Under the pieces are notes generated by a model. The model ran no database searches. It was not told the DNA's origin and saw nothing but the letters and a program-made list of their open reading frames with translations. A stretch of DNA of 64,000 nt from Asterias rubens (Eukaryota), in NCBI RefSeq assembly GCF_902459465.1, contig NC_047074.1, forward strand, positions 1,984,001 to 2,048,000, read 5' to 3'. Made by a program: the position numbers and the translations under genes. Shown here piece by piece: positions 38,731 to 49,476 of this stretch (its first letter is position 1; each line of letters starts with the position of its first letter).

Positions 38731-39108
38731 AGGCAGCAGACACTTTTGGTAATTGTCAAAGACTAGCCTTCACAGTTTGTGTATCTCACCATATGCATAA
38801 AATAATTAACCTGTGAAAATTTGAGCTCAATCGGTCATCAAAGTTGCGAGGTAATAATGAAAGAAAATAAACCCTTGTCACACGAAGTTGTGTGCGTTTA
38901 CATGGTTGATTTCGAGACCTCAAGTTCTAAATCCGAGGTCTCGAAATCAAATTCGTGGAAAATTACTTCTTTCTCAAAAACTATGGCACTTCAGAGGGAG
39001 CCGTTTCTCACAATGTTTTATACCATCAACCTCTCCACATTACTCGTCACCAAGTAAGGTTTTACGCCAATAATTATTTTGAGTAATTACCAATAGTGTC
39101 CACTGCCT
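38731..39108. mobile_element. Kolobok-like MITE
   Basis: Family consensus with both termini; right end followed by TTAA. Confidence 0.85.
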
Positions 39109-39646
39109 TTAATAATGCAAAGGAGGGGGGTCAAAGTTAGCAGCACATTACTTTGTGCTTAGCTACATGTTGTGCTTTAAAGCAGCTCTATTAAATTGGG
39201 CCCTGACAAAATCAAAGGTTCTAAACAAAAGTGCTTATTAGGGAGAGTTACAAAATGAGTACAAAGTTTGAACAAACTTGTTGTGTAGAGTATCATTTAT
39301 TTCATGTACATATAAATCAAATGAAGCACATGTAGTCATATTTTCTTGATGCTTTCTTGCATTTTTAATTTTGTCCAGGATGACCAGAAATGTTGAACCT
39401 GGTTCAAACTTCACCCGAAGAGCGAAAGTGAAGCGAACCTTGTGTCACAATTGGCCCTCCAGATTACAGACTCTGCTAGGGGGTCGAGACATCCGGCAAT
39501 TAACTATATGTTTATACAATGGCCATGGTATAAATACAAGAAATGCATTGGTCATTTTGGTTTGTAAGCAGTCTGCAACAGCTACATGTAATTCAATTTT
39601 GTAACAAAATGGAAAACAGTGAACATCTGATTATGTGCGCTTCATA

Positions 39647-39799
39647 GGGTCCGTTCATTTAGCTTCCCTGGGTCGTTTCGGTGTGTGGCGTTTTTTTTTT
39701 TTCAAGGACGAACGTGTGCAAATAATTACCCACAATCGTCCTGGAAAAAAAAAACGCCACACACCGGGGTCGACCCAGGGAAGCTAAACGAACGCACCC
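39647..39799. mobile_element. MITE with GGGT(C/G)CGTTC(A/G)TTTAGCTTCCCTGGGTCG TIRs
   Basis: Long inverted arms including ggtgtgtggcgtttttttt / aaaaaaaacgccacacacc. Confidence 0.75.
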
Positions 39800-40513
39800 A
39801 TAGTTTGCTTTCACATGAGGTTTGAACTGGGCTTTTATAAGAAGCAAATAAACACAACTCAGTGTGAAACAAATTATATTAATGCATAAAGGAATGCCAT
39901 TGGTACAAAATGCTTGCTAAAATTTTAGCCAGTGGCAAGACACTGATGTGGGAGAATGGCGACTTGAAAAAGATCTAAAGTATAAATACAACTAAGATGT
40001 GTGCATGATGTATGTGCACAAACTTGTACATTGAATAAATAAAGTATGATACACTGCAGTGAAATGCATATGCACGATTCTGGATTCAATTTATGTAAAG
40101 TGGTTGGTCATGTGAGGTATATACGGTGCCGTGATTGGCCATTACGACATTTGGCAGTTAACTTGTACCTCCAATTGTCATACAGGGTTCTGCCAAGGAT
40201 TTCTTATGTGGTGGAAAATTGTTTTTCCCTTTAACATAACAGTAGACTCTAACCAAAGAAGTACTCAAAATGTATAGCTTTGGATACCATTGTGTTTTAC
40301 TGGTAAATACACAATTGATCATTTGTTGAAATCCTTTGAAAGGAAATTGCAGGTTGTAACTACACAAATTTGGAAACTGTGTGGTGGTCGGAAACAATTC
40401 TGCCAGTGGTGGTTGGAGAATACTGAGTGCAGGGCGGGTTTTCCGGCACAGACCACTGAGGAAAGAACCCTGGTGATAGCATATTGTGCCAAAGGTGAAT
40501 TTTTTTTCTGTTC

Positions 40514-43500
40514 TCATTTTTTCTTAAAGAAACTCATCAGTGATCTTTGCTTTGCCTTCCCACTCCCACTTCCACTTCCGGGCGAGGTCTTTTTCTTACC
40601 CTCATCCTCTCCTCCGTCTGTCTTGGGGGCTCCTCCCTCCTTAGGGCTTGGCTGAGACGGTAACGAGCTGGGTGTGGTCTTTGCGGGCGGGGCCTCATCT
40701 TCACTGGCATCTGTGGACTCACTTTCCCACACCTTATCAGTGACTGATGAATTAAAAAGTAAAATGAAAAATGACCGTAAAGAAAGAAGTGCTTAAACAG
40801 CAACTATACCTGCAGTTTTCTGCATATACTCCACCCCCTGTGGGTTTCAGTCCCACTCAAGCCTGCATGGCCCAACGACCTAAGCCCAGCTTATCCAGTT
40901 TTATCTATGAAAATTTGCCCCAGTTGTTTATTGGAACAAAAATCTACGCCAAATAATTCCCTGAAAGACGAAACCTACCCATACAACCGTCATCATCGAT
41001 AGTAATCTTTTTCTTTAGAACTCTCTTCCGTCTGCGTTTCTTCCCGCTGCTGGGTTGAGCACTCGTTCCGTGGGAAGACCTCTCAGGAACTACTGTCCCC
41101 TCTTCCTCCTCACCATCATCAGAGTCATTCGTCTCCATCGCGGGAGGGGGCGGGGTCGGCGGTATCGGACTGTCTTCTTCCATGTCTGAAACGGACAAGT
41201 TTTAAAACGTAAGAAATCGCAACGAGAAATACACCGAGTTTCGTTGTGTATCTGAGTTAAAACGTTGTGAAGTTTTGTTGTTCATCCAAGTTGTGTGTCT
41301 CCTATGTAAAGGGCACCTGTATGAGGAAATGTTGTAAATTTCCACTGGATCATTTCTAGGACTGATGCACCGTTCTTGAAAGAGAAGTGCACCAAGGCGC
41401 TTTCTCCTTTCTATGATGAAAAGTTGTAAATTACCATTGAGATGTTTCAAGGGGCACCATGGCAATGACCAGGGGCACTGGTTGCCCTGGTTGCCTCTGT
41501 AAATCTTCAGGCGTGCAAATCAAAAGCACATCAAGCTAAACTTACCACTCAGCTCTTCTTCACTCTCGCTACTACTGCTGTCTTGTTGTATGATCCGTCG
41601 TCTGCGTTTTGATGATTGTTTGTTGGTCGTGTCATCTTCTGTAACATAAAAAAAGAATACAGATATAATTAAACCAGGGTCCAGGGAGAAAGATTATTAC
41701 ACAGTGGCATGGTTGGCTTGTGCGTAAAGCGCTCGCCTCTCACCAAGGTAACCCCGGTTCGATTACCGGCCAGGGCCATATGTGAGTTGAGTTGTGCGTT
41801 GGTTCTCTGCTGTGCCACGAGGGTTTTCCAGACCATCCGGTTTTCCTCCCTCGGGAAAAATCAAACACTTTCGATCTTGGCTGTGCTCCGTGGTCATAAT
41901 GGGTTGATGTGGCTGGCAACCAAAGGTGCCCTTGCATGCTTGCTTCTCGAACACGTTGTAGCCGCGTCCTTTGCAATTCAGCTCTAAGCTGCGAGTAAGG
42001 AGAATTAGCCGCCAAAATTATTATTAATATTATACTGAAAGTCAATTTCCTACATCCAAAGGTAGTTCCTAAACCTGGGTTAGCTCGGTAGTCTAGCAGC
42101 TAAAATCACTGGCCTCGGGGTCTGCGGTCCCGTTAATTTCAAGCCCTGCTTTGAGCACCAGACTGCTGATTTAGCTTTTCCTAACTGGGTACGTTCAGTA
42201 GTTTAGGGGCTAGAAGCACTGGCCTCCGGTCCCGTGTTAATTTCAAGCCCTACTTTAAAGGGATTCCTTTGACTTCCTACCTACTTTATACCGAAAACTT
42301 TACTCACCCGAATCAGAATCTGAAATATTACTCTTGGTCGCTTTTCTCTTGCTCTTCACTCCTGCATCTTTCTTCTTTTGAGATGTTTGAACCACAGGTT
42401 CTGAAGGAACAGGTTCTGAAGAAACTGGTTCTTTTGGCGGGGTACTTTCCTCCTCTTTCTTGACCTTCTTGGTTGAGGGTTTGTTCAGGAATGCCATCAT
42501 GCCCCCCTTGGCCTTGCTACTGGGCTGTTGTTGATTCAAAACAACAAAAGGAAAGAAAATACATTTTTTATAGACTCATTTCCTCCGAAAAGAAAAAATA
42601 TAAATGTTGTTCATAGTTTCATCAAATAATAAACCACAAGGGAAACTGACCGAGTAAGTTTTAAATGATTTGGGGTTGACGAAAAAAAAGTTACTAAAGC
42701 AAGATATCTGTTAACCAGGAGGTCGTTGTTTCAATTCCCCCTCTAGTCAATTTTTCTTTGTTCAACCCCAAATCATATAATTTGTATTACGATTAAAATG
42801 AAAAACTGGAATAACAATTGCTGTCCTAAGACCCACGGTATTGAGATGAGATGTTTTGCAATACAAGAATGGATCCAAGTGGTGGTGAAAAAGGTGATTG
42901 AACTTACACCCTGTTTCTTTGAGGTCTCCTGTTTCTGAGTGGCAATCACCTCTTTCGTCTTCTCCTCTGATTTCTCCGAGGAACCCTTTCCGCTCGTACC
43001 TGAGAAAGCTTTGAATGAGAGTTGTCCCTGACCCTTTTTGGGTTTAGAAGCCAGACTCTTTTGCGGCTCCGGTTTGAGATTCTCAATGATGTGCTTCTCA
43101 GCGTTCCCGTTCATCTTCGGTCGTGCTGGAGGGGTATTGGGGGCAGAAGCGTGATCATTGCCTGAGAGCTCTGCCAGTTCCTCTGGAGTTCTTTGTTTGG
43201 CCTCTGTGCATTTGATTGCACTATACCTGCAAAAACCAAAAACAAAATTAAGGTTAGCTTTTAAGGTTAACCAAATTAAGGTTAGCTTTCTTGAGAGAAT
43301 GTTACCAGGCAAAGTAAAGCATTTCAAAATGAAACCTCCTCAACTGTTTTTTAAAAAGTGATGGACAACACAAAGATTTGTGTTCTTGAATTGTGTTGCA
43401 GTCACCAGACAGCCTGTGAAATGTCTATAGAGGGACAGGGTTGCAGGGAAAGTTCACCCCAACAAGAAACAAAAGTAATTAGTTAAGGCACTGAACACAT

Positions 43501-45490
43501 GTTACCTGTTTGGTTGTGTAATATTTTCTTTGATAATCTCATAGTCTGTCATGTAGAGACTGTTGGTGTCTTTCAACTTGGCCTGCTGGACGCTGTAGAC
43601 ATGCTTGCTGAGGACCTTGCTTAGAGACGCTTCTGATTCTATTTAGAATCAAGACAAACAAAGAGTTAGCTTAGCTGATGCAACATTGCTACTGTCAGGT
43701 TCTTTCTGCACACTGCTACACTTTGAACTCTGCTAAACGCAAAACCAACCAATTGAACTCTGCTAAACGCAAAGACAACCAAAGTTTGAAAGCTATGGTT
43801 TCTGAAACAGATGTTTTGAGATAAATGTCTTAAATTGAGACCAAGTATCTGCTCGTCTTAGTTTAAGTAGGAGGCTATTCCAAAGGAGATGGCCAGGCAC
43901 ATGAAAAGCAATGACTACCCCAGGAGTGCTGGAAATGTGGAATGTTCAAGAGCAGGTTGTTTGAGGTGCGAAGCTGTCTGGAAGGTTTGTACACATGAAT
44001 TAAGTCATTGATGTATTCAGGTGATGTGCCATTCAGGGAGTGGAAGATGATAAGAAGAACTTTAAAGATGATGCAGTCTCAAACAGGAAGCCATTGTAAC
44101 ACATGTCAGGTGTCTTGAAACTAAACCTTATGGACTCAAAAAGTCTGTAACTGTTTGTTTGGAACCACCTCGTCACCGCGGTTCAACCGAACACGCATAA
44201 TTTTTGGTTGGGGTTACCAAAACGCACCCTTGCCAGATTGATAAAGTTTCTTCTTCTTTGATTTTGTTACTTACTTTTTAAATTGTCGTCAGACACTAAA
44301 GTAACTATGTTAACTTTGACTCCATTTTCTTTCTCCTCTATACCACTCAATAGGTATGTGACGTTGACTGCTTTAGGTTTTGTCTGTTCAACAAATGTTG
44401 CCAACATCCTAACAAAAGGGGGAAAAAAGGGGGTTCGGGTGAGAAAGCTTCTCTCATGCAATTGTTTGTCAACGACATAGTATGATGTACTCACAAGTTA
44501 GTCAATCGTCTGTGTTTTATTTGATAAAAGATGGTTTTTAAAAGTTCCATTAGATTCATTTTCAAATTTTATATTTCTCCGTTTCCCTCCACTTAGGAAA
44601 CAAGTTGCGTTCACACTTACTGTTTTGCTCTGTTGACGTGCACTGACAATGTCTGGCTCAGCCATCGATACGTCACCTGACAAAATGAAAAATCACATGT
44701 TTAGTTGTGGTCACTGGACATGTGGTCCAGTGGTTTGACTCACTGACCCTGAGTGCAGGACTTGCAATTACAAGGTTGTGGGTTCCGGGCCAAGCAAGCT
44801 GGGCCAATTATGATAGAAAAATAAGTAGGCCCTTAATATTATTAATATTAAAAATATTCCTTGCACCTTTTTCACTTGTAAATAGATTATGTCGTGTTCC
44901 TGATCGCTCACTTTGTACCTTAGAGTACGACTATACTCTACTACGAGAGAAATGTACTACACCATGATAGATGGATAGACATGATAGATAGATAGATGAT
45001 AGATAGTAGTGTAGTTGTCACTGATTATGTAATTTGTTGTTCTGAATCACAATTTTTTGGTTTGTGCAACCTACCATTACCAATTATGTTTGTAAATATT
45101 GGGAAAACCTCTGTTTCATAAGTTCGAATGGAGAAGTGGTGGCAGGATTTGTGTTTACAAATTATAGTAATCCCCCTACCCCCCCCCCCCCTGTCATTTT
45201 GTGCAGGGGAAATTGCTGAACCCGGACATGCCGGACCCCTCCTGTTGACTTGACGCGCGGTGTTGTTTACAGTTACGCAGTTACAAAACTTTCAAAATTG
45301 GAGATAAACATCTTTGATCTGATCAACCCTTCTAATTCAATTGTGTTTCTAAAGTAAAGGTAAGCTCCGTTTATTAACACATTATTATAAGTTACTTATG
45401 CAATTTCGATATAATGTTAACTGTAATTACCACTTTGTCTTCGTCAAACACAAACTCCTCCAAGTTTTCCAAGTACATATCACCCGCCAT
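40514..45490 (-). CDS. POLD3: DNA polymerase delta subunit 3 (p66/Cdc27), about 482 aa
   Basis: Exons (minus): 45490-45431 (MAGDMYLENLEEFVFDEDKV), 44676-44621 (VTYRWLSQTLSVHVNRAK), 44408-44275, 43638-43506, 43226-42908, 42524-42308, 41638-41546, 41185-40979, 40743-40514. Phases are consistent. C-terminal RKRVLKK...DDDGCMVTDKVWESE and PIP box QRSLMSFF. Confidence 0.95.
41703..42030 (+). mobile_element. tRNA-derived SINE (V-domain-like)
   Basis: Box B-like GGTTCGATTACC, then atatgtgagttgagt..ggttctc..gggttttcc..ccggttttcctccc, and a TTA/TAT tail. Confidence 0.6.
43790..44130 (-). mobile_element. L2/CR1-type LINE 3' fragment in POLD3 intron 3
   Basis: Minus-strand translation LQWLPV*DCIIFKVLLIIFHSLNGTSPEYINDLIHVYKPSRQLRTSNNLLLNIP...LWNSL..KLR...FK..LF matches the conserved L2-type RT C-terminus. 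Confidence 0.75.
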
Positions 45491-45946
45491 TTTGCAAAAA
45501 CTGAAGGGTGAAGACTAAACCAATGCAACAGCAGGAGGTGATCGCAAAGGGCGGGCGTACGGTGTACGTGTGTGGGGCGGGGGCTTTCAACAATTACAAA
45601 ACTTGCTTTTTTCCAAAAATATTTTATGCTGAAGTATAAATTTACAAAATGGAAATAACATTAACTCCTAAATGACTGGTATTTTAACTAAGTTAGAGGA
45701 ACTTTTAGTGAGAATGTACTATTTTGGGGGTAGACGCCACGCCTACATTATTTTACTGCTTGGTTTATACGTGGACAAAAGTCTCGACATTTGCCGATAA
45801 CGCCAGATTGGGGATCCAAATACGTATAAAGAGCGCGCTGCACGCTGTCGATCACCTGACAAGTCACGTGATTGAAGCCAAGTGTCGGAAGTAACCCGGT
45901 CAAAATTGGTGGTGTCGTCAAAAATAAGCTCTGTTATTGATTGAAA
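45491..45946. promoter_or_regulatory. Bidirectional promoter between POLD3 and TMEM256
   Basis: The two ATGs are about 456 bp apart, head-to-head. Motifs: CCAAT about 45520, GC boxes about 45549 and 45574, GTCACGTGAT about 45863, CGGAAGT about 45886, and a YY1-like GCCATTTT overlapping the POLD3 ATG. Confidence 0.7.
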
Positions 45947-48096
45947 ATGGCTGAGATTTTTATCCGGATTGCTGGAGTGTCAGGATTTTTAGCTGTTGCA
46001 CTTGGGGCTTATGGATCTCACGGTAAGAAATAAGCCCATGTAGAAAAAGTTTATGAATTAATTTGTTCAAAAAAAAAAGTGTGTGAGTGTTGACCGGCTA
46101 TAGTCAGTATTCTCTTATGTCTATCCCTACTAATAAGCGTTCACACACTTGTATCAGTTCGTCCTACTTACTAGATCTATGAGGTTCGTTCGGCTTTACT
46201 AATTAATAGGGGATAACTTTCTGTATGGCGCCACCACTTTTTCACTCATTTTTAGAAAAAGGGATATCTCATTATGAGGTAAATTAGATACTATTTATTT
46301 CATATTGAATGAAAAAGTGGTGGCGCCATACAGAAACTTTTCCCTTGAAAGTGTTAATTGTTTTTCCCCTACCATTTTAACCTAGGTCTGAAGAAACATG
46401 TGGATGCCAAGACATTTGAGGTAAACAATATATTTATAATTTCACTAAAATAAATAAGTTTGAAATAATTAATTTCCTCTGATTGTTAATGTTGTAAATC
46501 ATGTAAATAATTATTATATTGCATACCTTATTCTCTAACAAGTCTTGAGTAAAATTTGCTGCCTGATGTATGTGTCCTGAGATCAATACAATAGGGTTTA
46601 TCGCGAATAGCAAAATAACAAGAGAGGGCGCTGTTGAACCCACACAAAGGTATAGGCGTTGCATGCCAAGTATTAGAAACTGCATAGAAACCGCCCCATA
46701 TTCCTTCCCACAATGCATTGCGTTTCTGAATCGCGATAAACCTTAATCTGCAATACTATGTGGACCAGTGATGTGGACTCACACACGCCCACACAGTGTT
46801 ATTAACAATGCTTACATTTTTGAAGAAAATACTTTTTCTTTGTGCAAAGAACAAAGGAATGTCCATGCAGCAACACAGAGCTTGTTTGTGTGTGTGTCAT
46901 CATTTTGTACAAGTTGTTTCTTTGTTCTCGCTCTCTCAAAATGGTTTAATAATTCAGCTGAAAGAAAAAATCAAACTCTGTTCTGCTTTTATTATGTAGA
47001 TGTATTCCCTATTGGTTAATTTTCTAATTTTTTCCTTTTTTTTGTTTAGACCTTCCAAACAGCAAACAGATATCATTTTATTCACACCCTAGCCCTCCTT
47101 GCTGTGCCAATGACAAGACATCCGATGATGGTGAGGATTTTATTCACAGCACTTAAAAAGTTTAAGATGGTTTGGTAATTATTTTCACAAAACACAAAAA
47201 ACAATCATCCACAAACAAATTTTTCAAAACAGTTTAATTACAAACAATCATTGTTTTGTGTTATTTTTGCTGTGTGCACTATACCTTTCACCGTACCTTC
47301 ATTTCAATAATCAATATTGTTATTGTTATAAACTAAAACCTATTAATTTATATTATAAAGGGTCCAGGCTCTGTATAAGCCCAGGCTTTTTCCTGGTGCC
47401 CTCCTCTTATCACTCATTGTTCTTATTTCTTGTATGTTTCATGATTATTTATTGTGATATTTGGAAAATAAAAAACAAACAAACAAACAAACAAACAGAT
47501 GAACATGAAACTAAAAGAGGGTATAAAAATAATGATGATATAATTCGAAATCTCCTTTAAAATATTACAATTGCTGAGGTGGTAAAAAAAAAAATTTTTT
47601 TTGCTAATTTCTCAAAAAAATTACAGCACCTCATAGGTGCTGTAGTTTTTTGAGAAATTAGTAAAGCAATTTTTTAGCATACTGATTATCTGTTGAAATG
47701 AAAATAAATGTCTTGAAATGAATACTTACACGGATTTACCCGACTGACCCCGACTCGCCTTAAAACACTTTTTCAAAAACTTGACAACTATTGAGGCTGC
47801 AACTTCTACAGGTAAATTATATTATATAACGTCTTCATTCCCTGTGAGTAAGCAATTCATGTCATGGCCAACAACTTGATCTACAAAAGTTACCAAAACC
47901 CTTTTGATGACTCTCTTTGTTTTTGTTTGTTTATTTTTTCTTTCATCAACAGGTCGGCTGGCTTTTAGCCGTAGGAATGCTTGGTTTTTGTGGGACGTGT
48001 TACTACTCTGCGTTAACTGGAACCACAACGTTTAACAGGTTCACACCATATGGGGGAATGACTCTGATGGCAGGCTGGTTAGCGATGGCATTCTAA
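45947..48096 (+). CDS. TMEM256: Transmembrane protein 256 (DUF423), 111 aa
   Basis: Exons 45947-46022, 46386-46420, 47050-47130, 47953-48096. Translation MAEIFIRIAGVSGFLAVALGAYGSHG..TANRYHFIHTLALL..FCGTCYYSALTG..TPYGGMTLMAGWLAMAF contains the GAYGxH, A.RYH..H and TP.GG...GW hallmarks. Confidence 0.95.
46210..46344. mobile_element. Small MITE in TMEM256 intron 1
   Basis: Inverted arms ctttctgtatggcgccaccactttttca / tgaaaaagtggtggcgccatacagaaac. Confidence 0.75.
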
Positions 48097-48136
48097 TTTT
48101 TTCAAACATGGCATTTTGTATGTTTGTTTTTACATG

Positions 48137-48452
48137 AAGACTCCACCCAGGTAAAAGTTACAGTTGAAACCAGTTCAACTAGTGTTGTTAACTGGTCCCA
48201 ACTGGTCCAAACTGGTCAAGTTGAACTTGGACTTGGTAGCTGGTTTGAACTGGTTCGCTGGTTTTGAACTGGTTCGCCACACTAATTACCAGCTGGCAAC
48301 TTCTTCTTTCAATCAACTTGTTTCAAAATTCAACTGGTTTCTTTTGCAAGACTCCACCCAGGTAAAAATTCCAGTTTAAACCAGTTTAAACTAGTGATAA
48401 CTGGTCCCAACTGGTCCAGGTTAACTGGTTAAAACTGGAGTTTTTCACCTTG
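48137..48452. repeat. ACCAGT/ACTGGT-rich repeat with two direct units
   Basis: gactccacccaggtaaaa...aactggtcccaactggtcca occurs at about 48140 and 48351, with many aaccagt/actggtt words between. Confidence 0.65.
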
Positions 48453-49476
48453 GCCAGGGGGTAGATTGTTTCTGCAATTTTCTCAGTTTTTTTTTAAAGG
48501 CGAATTTGTCTCGTGGTTGACTAGATTGCATTTCAAATTATTCTTAATGTGTATCCAAAGAAAAATCGTTTAATTTTAAGCATGAACAATTTAGTTATTT
48601 AAAAATAAAATCATTTTATTTGGAAAGTTGTTTTTCTTCTAACTATTCTGTCAGGAATTTTGTTAATTTCATTCATTGTTTGAATAATAAATTAACTTTG
48701 TTATATACAACGACAACAGTCTCAAATGTGATTTTTTGTAGTTATTGACGTTACAATTATCTTGTGTAACATTCATACATTTTGCAAATCGGTATGCTTT
48801 GTTAGAAGATTTTGGGCTTGTGCCATCTTTTTGTAAGATTATTACATAAATAAAGCTGGAAATAAAGTTAAGCTGGTAAATGTCTCAAACTTTGTGTGTG
48901 TGATTACTGAACCATTGCAATTGTGGTATGTTGTCTAACTTTTTTTAGTCATTTATTCTGGCAAGGCTGAAACAATCTATACATAGGGCTTTTTATACAT
49001 GGAAGGGATCTGATGTGAACAGTATGGTTTTACAGTTATAAATGATAACTAAGGTCTGATAATAACAATTGACTGAGTTTTTGTTTGAGAAATAATAAAT
49101 TCATTCTTTTTTTTAATTGGTTGAATCATGGAGCTTTTTATAGCTTCATGGCCGAATGCAGTTTGCCAATAATGTCTGTTTATTTTGCAACATAAACTTT
49201 AACAAGTATGAAAAACTAAGTCACATACTGTTGAGGGCGCCCTTCCTTTTTATGGCACTCGCTTACTACTGTGGCCGTCATGAGTTGTGGACTTCTTGAG
49301 AATCGCAAATGGGCGGATTTCGCATCTGGGTTTTATTTTCGGCTTTACAAAAATGGCGGCGCGCTAGGTAGGATCAGAGTTCCCCCTTTGAATAAACGTT
49401 TATTTCATCAAGTAGAGACACAATTTTAAATGAAAGGGTTCCTTCCAAGCTAGAGAGGCTTCCAGGATTGTCAAAC

